This document shows, piece by piece, positions 10,724 through 19,813 of a DNA stretch of 64,000 nucleotides. The translations under genes were made by a program, and so were the position numbers. The stretch's first letter is position 1. Every line of letters begins with the position of its first letter. Below the pieces are notes generated by a model that saw only the letters and a list, made by a program, of their open reading frames with translations, was not told where the DNA came from and ran no database searches. Source of the stretch: an uncultured bacterium (GTDB taxonomy: Bacteria; Cyanobacteriota; Cyanobacteriia; Cyanobacteriales; Microcystaceae); assembly GCA_964623815.1 (NCBI GenBank), contig CAZUVR010000002.1, positions 48,576-112,575 of the forward strand. The letters run 5' to 3'.

Positions 10724-11659
10724 TTAGGGTCTCAGCAATAATTGTCTGGCACTGTGGCAGTCTTGAGCAATTTGTTTAGTTAACTCGTCTGGAGAGGTAA
10801 ATTTCTTCTCCGGACGTAAAAATTCACATAAACTCACTCTTAGAACTTGATTATACAAATCATCGCTTCGATCGAGCAAATGTACCTCAACTGTGATTCT
10901 ATCCCCTTGTACCGTAGGACGATAACCGATATTCATAGCCCCCGCTATTTTTTCACCTTTATATTCTACCCACACCGCATAAACTCCTAATCTCGGTAAG
11001 AGCTTATCTGGTGGAAGTTGTAAATTAGCAGTGGGGAAACCTATCTTCCTGCCTAATTGCCTTCCCGATATTACTTTACCGATAAGATTATAGGGACGAC
11101 CGAGCATAGCTTGGGCGTATTTTAAATTACCTTCAGCTAAAGCTTGGCGAATCAAGGAACTACTAATCCTGGTCATCCCCTCTTGTTTTTTAAGAGAGAC
11201 GATCGATACTTCTATTCCGTATCTTTCTCCGAGTACCTTCAAATCCTCGGCATTTCCTTTTCTCTGGCAACCGAAGCGAAAATCTTCACCGACACTAATA
11301 ATTTTAGCCTCTAATTTTTTTACCAGTATCTCCTCTATGAATCCCTCAGGGGTTAACGCGGCCAATCCCGCATCGAAGGGTAATAAGATTAACTGCTGTA
11401 ATCCCATCCCCGTCAATATTTCCGCCTTCTCTTCTAAGGGGGTTAATAAAAGCCTTTTCCGGCCGCTAAAAAATTCTTGCGGATGGGGGTTGAAGCTCAC
11501 CACCGTAGAATAAACTCCCGCCCCCCGATTGAGAATCGGTTGCAGTACCCGTTGATGTCCGAGGTGAATACCATCGAAATTTCCTAAAGCGATGGCGCAA
11601 GGTGTAGGGATTTCCTCACCAGATAACCTGATCATTAACACTTCGGGTGATGCTGACAC
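10724..11659 (-). CDS. ribF: bifunctional riboflavin kinase / FMN adenylyltransferase
   Basis: 311 aa. The N-terminal FAD-synthetase motif is ALGNFDGIHLGHQ and the C-terminal riboflavin-kinase region contains GFPTANL. Confidence 0.9.
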   Translation of the reverse strand: MSASPEVLMIRLSGEEIPTPCAIALGNFDGIHLGHQRVLQPILNRGAGVYSTVVSFNPHPQEFFSGRKRLLLTPLEEKAEILTGMGLQQLILLPFDAGLAALTPEGFIEEILVKKLEAKIISVGEDFRFGCQRKGNAEDLKVLGERYGIEVSIVSLKKQEGMTRISSSLIRQALAEGNLKYAQAMLGRPYNLIGKVISGRQLGRKIGFPTANLQLPPDKLLPRLGVYAVWVEYKGEKIAGAMNIGYRPTVQGDRITVEVHLLDRSDDLYNQVLRVSLCEFLRPEKKFTSPDELTKQIAQDCHSARQLLLRP

Positions 11660-11789
11660 TGTGAATTATTACAATAAATTAACCTTAATTTTATTCTATG
11701 TGCCGACCCACTGCGCGAAATCAAGCCGGCAGATGTTCAATTAGTTTATTCTATAAATAGTCTCCTCTTTACGAAACTTTACAAAACGC

Positions 11790-12656
11790 ATGGATTGTAT
11801 AATCGATCGTCGGGCTACCTTCAGTGCGAGTCATCGCTATTGGTTGCCGGAATTGGATGAAGCCCAAAACCGCAGGTTATTCGGTGCGGGAAGCAACTTC
11901 CCGGGGCACGGACATAATTATGTCTTATACGTATCGATAGCGGGCGCGATCGATAATTATGGCATGGTGGAAAATCTCTCCACGGTGAAAAACGTCATTA
12001 AAAAAGAAATTACGAGTCAACTGGATTACGCCTATCTCAATGATGTCTGGCCGGAATTCCAGGCAACTTTACCGACTACGGAAAATATAGCCCGGGTAAT
12101 CTGGCAGCGTTTAGCCCCCCACTTACCCCTAGTAAATATACAACTTTACGAACACCCTGAGCTTTGTGCCGATTATCGAGGAAATAATATGGAAGCTACT
12201 TTAACCGTCAAAACTCATTTCAGCGCGGCCCATCGTCTGGCCCTACCGGAATTAACCTTGGAGCAAAATTCCGAGATATACGGGAAATGCGCCCGTGTCA
12301 ATGGTCACGGTCATAACTATCATTTAGAGGTGTCCGTAATCGGCGAAATAGATTCGAGGACGGGTATGATAGTTGATTTAGGAGACTTACAGAATTTAAT
12401 TGATGAGCTGGTGGTGGAACCCTTCGATCATACTTTCTTAAATAAAGATATTCCCTATTTCGCCGAAGTCGTACCCACCGCCGAAAACATCGCCCTTCAT
12501 ATCGCTCAATTGTTACAGGAGCCGGTGAGGACTTTGGGAGTGGAGTTAGAGAAGGTGAAACTAATCGAGAGTCCGAATAATTCCTGCGAAATTTATTGTC
12601 GTAAAAGTTCCCCTCAAATGCCAACCATCTCTTCTCAAGCTTTAGTGGCTAGATGA
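11790..12656 (+). CDS. tandem-domain 6-pyruvoyl-tetrahydropterin synthase / QueD-family protein
   Basis: 288 aa with two PTPS-like halves. The second half has the Zn motif CARVNGHGHNYHLEV (CxxxHGH). The first half has PGHGHNYVLYV without the Cys. Confidence 0.75.
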   Translation: MDCIIDRRATFSASHRYWLPELDEAQNRRLFGAGSNFPGHGHNYVLYVSIAGAIDNYGMVENLSTVKNVIKKEITSQLDYAYLNDVWPEFQATLPTTENIARVIWQRLAPHLPLVNIQLYEHPELCADYRGNNMEATLTVKTHFSAAHRLALPELTLEQNSEIYGKCARVNGHGHNYHLEVSVIGEIDSRTGMIVDLGDLQNLIDELVVEPFDHTFLNKDIPYFAEVVPTAENIALHIAQLLQEPVRTLGVELEKVKLIESPNNSCEIYCRKSSPQMPTISSQALVAR

Positions 12657-12661
12657 GTATG

Positions 12662-12690
12662 TGGGAGTGGGGACGAGGCCGCCACTCCCA
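12662..12690 (+). terminator. stem-loop immediately 3' of the PTPS gene (putative terminator hairpin)
   Basis: tgggagtgg...ccactccca is a 9-bp perfect stem with an 11-nt loop, starting 6 nt after the stop at 12656. There is no strong U-tract. Confidence 0.35.
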
Positions 12691-12747
12691 GTATCTATAG
12701 GCGGGTTAAGGACTAATTTGTCCTATGAGCTAGAAAAGCGAGAATGT

Positions 12748-12945
12748 TTACCTTGCAGTTTCAAAAACTCGATTTTGACTCGCCACTTTGTCGCTATTCG
12801 TCTCTCCCTCACGCTGAAGCACTCTATACAGCAATATTAGCTGTTCTTCGTCGTCCGCGTTGAATAAGCGGGCGAGAATTTTTAAATCTTCTTTCTCATC
12901 GTCTGAGAGATGTTTCCATCTATCTATATTGAAATATAAAGTCAT
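12748..12945 (-). CDS. hypothetical small acidic protein
   Basis: 65-aa ORF in an otherwise gene-free gap. No motif recognised and no clear SD. Confidence 0.25.
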   Translation of the reverse strand: MTLYFNIDRWKHLSDDEKEDLKILARLFNADDEEQLILLYRVLQREGETNSDKVASQNRVFETAR

Positions 12946-13178
12946 AGTTTTTCAAAAAGCGGATTTAAGTTTATTTTATTATCCTCGCGCTAAATTTGCC
13001 ATCAGTAAAATCCTAAACTTATGAATAAAGAATCCGTATTATCTTTTAAGTAAATCTTTAGTAGGAGGGAATGAATCGCCTGTAATCACCGAGATTTCCC
13101 CAGTTTAAATATTTTTAACAATTGCTACTGACACCTAAAAAATCCTACTTTGGGAGTAGTCAAAAAACTATCTCTACT

Positions 13179-14174
13179 TTAAGATGTAGGAATAGTTTCT
13201 CCTCCCCGTTGTAGAGATTTGCTCAAACAATCGACTATTTGCACGAGTATGGTGGCGTTTGTTCCCTCAGCTTCGGAAGGTATATTGTGAGTAGTGATGG
13301 AAGCGAAGAAACGATCGCACACCGTTTTCAAAGGCTCGTTTTTCTCGACAGATATAACCTCGGTAGATTGCCCGACTGGGTGAAATAACTTACCCTCGCG
13401 TTCAAAGGTGCCGGTTTGTAGGGTGAGGGGTTTGTGGGGCTGTAATTCGTCAAAAATGAGGGTTCCCCGGCTACCCACCACAGCCAAGCGTCTCTGCTTA
13501 TCGGGATTGCACCAACATAGATGGATATGAGCCTGAAAGCCGCCGGGATAGGTTAAAGAGAGCCAGACTAAATCCGATAGGTGGGGTTGTAACCAGGAGT
13601 TACCCCTAGCCTGCACTTCCGTTGGAGTTTTCCGGAGCCAATAATTAAAGATAGCGATGTCGTGTATGGCGAGATCCCAAAGGGCATCAACATCCTGGCG
13701 CACTGGGCCTATATGAGTACGGGCGGCGTAACCGTAGCGTAGTTCGCCTAATCGATCGCTCTCCATCACTTTTTTACCCTCTATTACACTGTTATGAAAG
13801 AGATAGGTGTGATCTACGAATAGTACCAGCTTTTTCACCCTCGCCAATTCGGTTAATTCTTTGCACTCGGCTGGCTCAAGAGTGAGGGGTTTTTCGGAAA
13901 GGATATGATAACCCGCGTTTAGAGCCGATTTAATTAAATCATAATGGCTCGTGGCCGGGGTGGCAACCACGATCGCATCGGCTTCTATCTCCCGCCAATC
14001 GGTTGTTAATTTCACCCCCTCCAGATCGATGCCGAACTTTTTCTGGCACTCATTTAATCTATCTTCAGAGCTATCGACAATACTCGTAATGTGTGCATTA
14101 GGATGTTGAAGTAGATTACGGACGTAATGTATACCCCATCTCCCCACGCCGATGACCCCGACTCTAATTTTCAT
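13179..14174 (-). CDS. Gfo/Idh/MocA family oxidoreductase
   Basis: MKIRVGVIGVGRWG is a Rossmann GxGxxG motif, followed by EKPL, which is typical of Gfo/Idh/MocA. The ORF-track start at 14378 would overlap the divergent RLP gene. The MKIRV start at 14174 is more plausible. Confidence 0.75.
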   Translation of the reverse strand: MKIRVGVIGVGRWGIHYVRNLLQHPNAHITSIVDSSEDRLNECQKKFGIDLEGVKLTTDWREIEADAIVVATPATSHYDLIKSALNAGYHILSEKPLTLEPAECKELTELARVKKLVLFVDHTYLFHNSVIEGKKVMESDRLGELRYGYAARTHIGPVRQDVDALWDLAIHDIAIFNYWLRKTPTEVQARGNSWLQPHLSDLVWLSLTYPGGFQAHIHLCWCNPDKQRRLAVVGSRGTLIFDELQPHKPLTLQTGTFEREGKLFHPVGQSTEVISVEKNEPLKTVCDRFFASITTHNIPSEAEGTNATILVQIVDCLSKSLQRGGETIPTS

Positions 14175-14234
14175 ACTCTTGTTGATAACCCCAATTTGAT
14201 ATTTAATGCAGATGATACAGTTTAAACCATCGTT

Positions 14235-15407
14235 ATGAGTATATTGGTAACGTACCGCTTTCCCCCTGGGGTTGATGCCGCTAAACAGGCTCGGATCATA
14301 GCCGTAGGACAGACGGCCGGCACTTGGGACGATCGTTTCAGTCATCGTCAGGGGGAACTCCAAAGACACCTGGCTCAAGTGATAGACGTAGAAACCCTAT
14401 CCAACGGTTACGAGCTAGCCCGGGTAAGTTTTCCCCTCTTTAACGTGGAAAACGATATACCCAGCCTGTTAACGATGATATTCGGTAAATACTCGATGGC
14501 GGGTTTCGGCAAGGTGGTAAAGGTGGAATTACCCGGGGATTACGGTACGAAAGCCCAGCTCGGGATTACGGGTATAAGAGATATATTAGGGGTTTACGAT
14601 CGTCCCTTAATCATGGCCATCTTCAAACCCGCTTTAGGACTATCGGCGCGGGATCACGCCGCTATCCTTGAAGAGGTGGGTAACGCGGGCTTAGATATTA
14701 TTAAAGACGATGAAATTATGGCGGATTTACCCTCGGCACCAACGCGGGAAAGGTGGAAATATTGCCGGGAAGTTTTAGAAGATATTAGGGCGAAAACTGG
14801 GCGCAGGGTGCTTTACGCGGTTAACGTGACGGGTAGGGCGGATGAATTGCTCGATAAAGCCCGCTCGCTAGTACAAAACGGTGCTAACGCCCTATTATTA
14901 AACGTACTTACCTACGGTTTTTCGGTTTTATCGGCTTTAGCCGCCGATCCGGAGATAGGAGTACCTATCTTCGCCCATCCTGCCTTTGCCGGGGCCATGT
15001 GCGCTGGGGAGGATACGGGCTTATCCTATTCCGTAGTTCTCGGTACTTTAATGGCCTACGGTGGTGCCGATGCGGTGTTATATCCCGCTTCCTACGGAAG
15101 TTTACCCTTCGATGCGGAAGAAGAAGGTAAGATCAAGGATTATCTACGCGATCGTAACGTTTTCCCCGTACCTTCTGCCGGTATCGTGCCAGGTGTCGTG
15201 CCCTTAGCCTTAAGGGATTACGGGCGGGATGTAATTCTCAATGCGGGTACGGGGATTATGGATCATCCGGAAGGCTCGGCGGCGGGGGTGAGGGCTTTTT
15301 TTGAGGCCTTAGAAAGGGTAAAGGAAAATCAACCTTTCGATCCAGCTACCGTACCGCCTTCAGCTTTAAAATCAGCCTTATTGAAATGGGGTGTTAGAAA
15401 CCCATAA
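14235..15407 (+). CDS. RuBisCO large-subunit-like protein (form IV RLP)
   Basis: 390 aa. GLDIIKDDE corresponds to the RuBisCO GLDF.KDDE carbamate-Lys motif, and the protein aligns overall with the large-subunit C-terminal TIM barrel. It is shorter than bona fide RbcL. Confidence 0.8.
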   Translation: MSILVTYRFPPGVDAAKQARIIAVGQTAGTWDDRFSHRQGELQRHLAQVIDVETLSNGYELARVSFPLFNVENDIPSLLTMIFGKYSMAGFGKVVKVELPGDYGTKAQLGITGIRDILGVYDRPLIMAIFKPALGLSARDHAAILEEVGNAGLDIIKDDEIMADLPSAPTRERWKYCREVLEDIRAKTGRRVLYAVNVTGRADELLDKARSLVQNGANALLLNVLTYGFSVLSALAADPEIGVPIFAHPAFAGAMCAGEDTGLSYSVVLGTLMAYGGADAVLYPASYGSLPFDAEEEGKIKDYLRDRNVFPVPSAGIVPGVVPLALRDYGRDVILNAGTGIMDHPEGSAAGVRAFFEALERVKENQPFDPATVPPSALKSALLKWGVRNP

Positions 15408-16503
15408 CCGAAGCAACTACCGAGATGTCAGGGGAGATACCAGCTTTGAGGGCGTTGTTACTGCTTTTGATGGCACAATCCGGGTCTTTTAAACCGTTAC
15501 CGGTGAGGACACAGACGATCGTAGCTTCATCGGGTACGCTATCTTTAACTTTCAATAGCCCGGCTACGGAGGCGGCGCTGGCGGGTTCACAGAATACGCC
15601 CTCGTGGGCACCTAAGAGACGGTAAGCCTCTAGAATTTCCTCATCGGTGACGGAGTTAAAGGCTCCCTGACTAGCTTCTTGCGCCCCCCAAGCTTTTTCC
15701 CAGTTAGCTGGGTTGCCGATGCGGATAGCGGTAGCGATCGTTTCAGGGTGGCTGACTGGTTGACCAATGGTAAAGGGGGCTGCGCCTGCCGCTTGGAAGC
15801 CCATCATTTTCGGGAGGCGAGCGCACTTACCAATTTGGTGATACTGACAGAAGCCCATCCAATAGGCGCTAATATTACCTGCGTTACCGACTGGGATACA
15901 GAGCCAATCGGGGGCGTTACCCAAGACATCGACGATTTCAAAGGCTGCGGTTTTTTGCCCTTCCAGGCGATAGGGATTAACGGAGTTGACTAAAGTAACG
16001 GGGTAATTTTCCGATAGCTGACGTACAACTCGGAGAGCGTCGTCAAAATTTCCATCAACAGCGATGACTTCAGCTCCGTAGAGGAGAGCTTGAGCCAGTT
16101 TTCCTAAAGCCACATAGCCATCGGGGATGATGACGAAAGCTCGCATACCTGCCCTTCTGGCGTAGGCGGCGGCGGCAGCGGAGGTGTTGCCAGTGCTGGC
16201 GCAGATGACGGCTTTGGCTCCTGCTTCCTTAGCTTTGGAGATAGCCATAGTCATCCCCCTGTCTTTAAAGCTCCCCGTAGGATTGAGTCCGTCGTATTTG
16301 ACCAGCACTTTCACGCCCCGGCCGATCAAACTGGAAATGTAGGGAACCGGGATTAGGGGGGTATTGCCTTCAAGTAGGGTGACAACGGGCGTGTTATCGC
16401 TCACCGGAAGATAGGGGCGGTAGGTTTCGATCAAGCCTCGCCACTGTACTGCGTTATGAAAACGATTGGTTAGGGAGGCGGTGGATAGAGGTTGAATGGT
16501 CAT
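15394..16503 (-). CDS. thrC: threonine synthase
   Basis: 369 aa. The PLP-lysine motif is GSFKDRGMT, and [15 protein letters not shown] plus the glycine-rich GNAGN are typical of ThrC. Confidence 0.9.
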   Translation of the reverse strand: MTIQPLSTASLTNRFHNAVQWRGLIETYRPYLPVSDNTPVVTLLEGNTPLIPVPYISSLIGRGVKVLVKYDGLNPTGSFKDRGMTMAISKAKEAGAKAVICASTGNTSAAAAAYARRAGMRAFVIIPDGYVALGKLAQALLYGAEVIAVDGNFDDALRVVRQLSENYPVTLVNSVNPYRLEGQKTAAFEIVDVLGNAPDWLCIPVGNAGNISAYWMGFCQYHQIGKCARLPKMMGFQAAGAAPFTIGQPVSHPETIATAIRIGNPANWEKAWGAQEASQGAFNSVTDEEILEAYRLLGAHEGVFCEPASAASVAGLLKVKDSVPDEATIVCVLTGNGLKDPDCAIKSSNNALKAGISPDISVVASVMGF

Positions 16504-16757
16504 AAAGTGCTTGATCGATCGCAGTACAGTGATGGTTTATTTAGTCTGACTCTCTATTATACCCCAAACTAACTTTGAAGAATAAGACTTTGCTTTCTGA
16601 AGCTTTTAAAATAATTACTGAAATACAATCAAGTTAATTGTTGCCATCAGATGCCAAAAAGCGGAAACTTCTTTAACATATATAAAAATGGGAAATAAAA
16701 ATCCACAAAAGAGGAACTTCGGGTAGATTTCCTTGCAGATTACTCAGTGTTCCGTTT

Positions 16758-17540
16758 TTGATTGCTATGTGTCATTTATTCCCCTTAAAAAAGGAGGCGA
16801 CTATTAAGGTTAATCGAGGTATACTGTATGGAATTAGCGTAGGTACGGGAGATCCAGAGCTAATTACTGTAAAAGGTTTAAAAATTTTAAAAAGAAGTCC
16901 AGTAGTAGCCTTTCCAGCGGGAATTAACGGGAAATCCGGTATCGCCGAGAGCATTATTAGTTCATGGCTGAAACCAGAACAGATAACTCTTTCCCTAGAG
17001 TTTCCCTATGTACAGGATCAATATATACTGATGCGGGCGTGGCAGAGTGCCGCTGATCGGGTGTGGGAATATATCGATCAAGGCTTGGATGTAGCCTTTG
17101 TCTGTGAGGGGGATGTGAGTTTTTATAGTACCTTTACTTATTTAGCCAGCACTTTAGAGATGGAGTACCCAGAAGTAGTGGTTAAAAGTATTCCCGGGGT
17201 CTGTTCTCCCCTAGCGGCCGCTTCCGTTTTAGGCCTGCCGTTGACCGTCAGAAATCAACGTTTAGCTGTCTTACCGGCTCTGTATCACGTTGGGGAACTA
17301 GAAAACGTACTGCGGTGGGCGGACGTGGTAGTTTTGATGAAGGTGAGTTCGGTTTACCCGCAGGTCTGGCAAATGTTAAAGGAAAAGGATTTACTTTCTC
17401 GCAGTTGGTTGGTGGAGAGAGCCACCTTTCCCGAGCAGAAGATTTACAGGGATTTAAGCTTATATCCGAATCTGAACCTCTCCTACTTTTCGATTCTGGT
17501 GATTGAAGTTACTGACACTCGGCACCTTGACCTCCTTTGA
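16758..17540 (+). CDS. cobI: precorrin-2 C20-methyltransferase
   Basis: LYGISVGTGDPELITVKGL is the tetrapyrrole-methylase N-terminal motif, and the length of about 250 aa fits CobI/CbiL. The true start is probably downstream of 16758. Confidence 0.8.
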   Translation: MIAMCHLFPLKKEATIKVNRGILYGISVGTGDPELITVKGLKILKRSPVVAFPAGINGKSGIAESIISSWLKPEQITLSLEFPYVQDQYILMRAWQSAADRVWEYIDQGLDVAFVCEGDVSFYSTFTYLASTLEMEYPEVVVKSIPGVCSPLAAASVLGLPLTVRNQRLAVLPALYHVGELENVLRWADVVVLMKVSSVYPQVWQMLKEKDLLSRSWLVERATFPEQKIYRDLSLYPNLNLSYFSILVIEVTDTRHLDLL

Positions 17541-18021
17541 TAGAGCCGAGTATGGTTTGAACCATCACACATCGTCTGCTGCTGGTGGTGGGGGCGGTGG
17601 CTACATTGAGAATGATTTCCTCTCCCGGTTGTATGGGACTCCCTCCCAATATCGATCCGTCGGTGGCAAAATCGATCTCATTACCCTGGGTGAGATCGGC
17701 GGTGATGACGTTGCCGCGAGATACTAAATCCGTCCAGTTAGTCGGTGTCTGGCTTGCTGGGAAGATAGCCACCTGTGGGATACTATTCACCGTCCGCACC
17801 TGGACGCTGTAGTTTACATTCCTCTGACGCGCCAGACTCTGGGCTTGACGAACCGCTAGTTCTAACTGTTCGTTAGAGGAGCGTAGGGTTTGCCGATTGA
17901 TAAAATGAAACAGGTTAGGGGCTATGATCGCAGCTAGTACACCGATGATCAAGGAAGTGGCGAACAGTTCAAAAACTGTAAACCCCTTAACGGAAGAATA
18001 GCGATGGTGGAAATTATTCAT
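17509..18021 (-). CDS. prepilin-type (type IV pilin/pseudopilin-like) protein, HpsD-like position
   Basis: MNNFHHRYSSVKG|FTVFELFATSLIIGVLAAIIAP is a class III signal with Gly-Phe at the cleavage site and Glu at +5. The ORF track extends to 18069, but the MNNF start gives a 12-aa leader and a 4-nt gap to the upstream gene. The 3' end overlaps cobI convergently by 32 nt. Confidence 0.65.
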   Translation of the reverse strand: MNNFHHRYSSVKGFTVFELFATSLIIGVLAAIIAPNLFHFINRQTLRSSNEQLELAVRQAQSLARQRNVNYSVQVRTVNSIPQVAIFPASQTPTNWTDLVSRGNVITADLTQGNEIDFATDGSILGGSPIQPGEEIILNVATAPTTSSRRCVMVQTILGSIKGGQGAECQ

Positions 18022-18025
18022 AGGA

Positions 18026-19135
18026 TTAATCGGGGACGGATTTACCAACGAGTCCTTTAGCGGATACACGGCCCTGTAGCACGTCGAGTATAGAATCTCG
18101 TTCTATACCTGGTCTGCCTTTAGCATTAGCCGTGAGATAGATGATGACATCCTGATTACCTGGCGTAACGCCTCCGTCGTTCATAACGCAGGCGAAAAAG
18201 CTATTCACCGCAGTAGGTGTGACGCGAGTTGGGTTACTAGCAGGGTTACTGTAAGGAGAGGGGACATAGGTACGGATAGTTTGTCCCGCATTGTTGGTGA
18301 CAGCGGTGCCGTTAGGATTTCTGAGTATATCGGTAGGGCAGGCGGGTGCGATTCGACTTCCGAAAGGATACACTAGAGGGCGGGCGACAAAATCCACCAG
18401 GGGAGTCCGAGTATTGGTCATACTGGTGACATTTTGTTGTAGGTTCGTATTACCCGCGCCGAATGGCCAGCGATCGAACCCACTATCCCTTACTGGATCG
18501 ACGTACCCGGGACTACGGGTTAAGGTTTGCAAATTACTATATTTGCGTAGTATGTAGCGTTCGATGCGCGACTCACCCGCCCAAGAACCGGAAGAATTAT
18601 CGGTTGAGAGGGTATAAAGGACTAATGTATAAGCCCGTCTCTCGATCATAATCGTCTGACATTCGTTAATCAGTTCTTGAGTTGTAAAGTTAGCCGCACA
18701 GCTACCGGCACCGCTGACGTTAAGATTAGCTGCGGGAAAACTGCCTACCCCGTCGTAAGGGAGATTCTCCACCTTCCAAAAAGCTAAGATCGGCTGAACA
18801 TTTGTACCGAAACTCGGCAGATAGCTGACGAGGGAACCCAAACCTGATACATCAGGGCGGATTTGCGTCAACTGATCTCCGTTGTATACATAGGTAGCCT
18901 CGCGTATATCATTGGTTATATATACCATCGCCCGGCGCATCTCTTCGCTCACGCCGCTACGAGCCTGTTCGGTCTGATTGTTTTGTATTAGATTGACCAT
19001 AATGCCTAGCAATACGGAAATGGCTACGGTAGCGATAAAACTGGCGATGACTATTTCTGTCACGCTAAAACCCTGGGATTTTTGGCGCTGGTATCTGAGA
19101 CTCGATCGATAATGGAGGCTACGCAGTTTTTTCAT
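18026..19135 (-). CDS. prepilin-type minor pilin-like protein (large, PilW/X-like; HpsC-like position)
   Basis: 369 aa. QKSQG|FSVTEIVIASFIATVAISVLLG carries the prepilin N-methylation motif. The Ser/Thr/Asn-rich remainder is predicted extracellular. Confidence 0.65.
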   Translation of the reverse strand: MKKLRSLHYRSSLRYQRQKSQGFSVTEIVIASFIATVAISVLLGIMVNLIQNNQTEQARSGVSEEMRRAMVYITNDIREATYVYNGDQLTQIRPDVSGLGSLVSYLPSFGTNVQPILAFWKVENLPYDGVGSFPAANLNVSGAGSCAANFTTQELINECQTIMIERRAYTLVLYTLSTDNSSGSWAGESRIERYILRKYSNLQTLTRSPGYVDPVRDSGFDRWPFGAGNTNLQQNVTSMTNTRTPLVDFVARPLVYPFGSRIAPACPTDILRNPNGTAVTNNAGQTIRTYVPSPYSNPASNPTRVTPTAVNSFFACVMNDGGVTPGNQDVIIYLTANAKGRPGIERDSILDVLQGRVSAKGLVGKSVPD

Positions 19136-19140
19136 AGAAT

Positions 19141-19794
19141 TTAAGGATTGGAATTAAGATAGGCTCGATACTGTTCCAGGGAGAGTTTCAAGTCGCTTCT
19201 GCTGATCTCGGAGTAGGCGACGGCTAAAGGTCTGTTAAGCTGTTGAGAAAGACCGTTAGTGAAATTTATGGTACTTAGTTGAGTGGAGAGTCCGCTCATA
19301 TTACTGGCTGCTACCCCGGCATAAACCCGCACCCCCATTCTGAATACCGCCAGTTGACCCGAAGCAGAGCCTTGATTGAACCGTACCCCAGGATCTCGAA
19401 ATATCTGCACGATAAAATCCGTGCTACCGTTGCCATCGTTATCGATCGCCAGGGCTTTATTCACCGCATCTCTCTGGGTGACGCTAGTGACCAGGGTATC
19501 AGGGGCACCGACTTGAGACACACTAACCCCGACAGCGCTCGCGGGGGGTAAGAGAGAAGCTTCGTTAGCGGGAGCCACGCCCTGGGACATTACGGCTTGA
19601 ATTTGATTGATCTGTCCCTGGGCTATCTGGGCCGCTTGTTCTAACTGGTAGTTATATATCCTGGTGCTGACGGCGACTAGCAGTAGGGGAGTCGTGGCAG
19701 TAAGGATGATAGCCCCGATCGTAAATCCCATCATGGCTTCAACCATAGTGAATCCGGAGCGGGGATTTTTCAGCAGGCGAGTGAGCGAGTACAT
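19141..19794 (-). CDS. prepilin-type pseudopilin (PilV-like; HpsB-like position)
   Basis: MYSLTRLLKNPRSG|FTMVEAMMGFTIGAIILTATTPLLL is a prepilin signal with Glu at +5. The ORF track start is 19893. The internal Met at 19794 gives a 13-aa leader. Confidence 0.6.
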   Translation of the reverse strand: MYSLTRLLKNPRSGFTMVEAMMGFTIGAIILTATTPLLLVAVSTRIYNYQLEQAAQIAQGQINQIQAVMSQGVAPANEASLLPPASAVGVSVSQVGAPDTLVTSVTQRDAVNKALAIDNDGNGSTDFIVQIFRDPGVRFNQGSASGQLAVFRMGVRVYAGVAASNMSGLSTQLSTINFTNGLSQQLNRPLAVAYSEISRSDLKLSLEQYRAYLNSNP

Positions 19795-19813
19795 AGGTTT
19801 TTGACTCCTTAAA

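Noticed and set aside
11660-11789. Possible preQ1 riboswitch upstream of the QueD/PTPS-like gene
   Set aside because: The sequence does not fit the preQ1-I aptamer consensus, which is a short hairpin plus an A-rich tail.
16504-16757. Possible cobalamin riboswitch upstream of cobI
   Set aside because: No B12-box-like GCCACTG core or conserved paired elements are visible. The region is simply AT-rich divergent promoter DNA.
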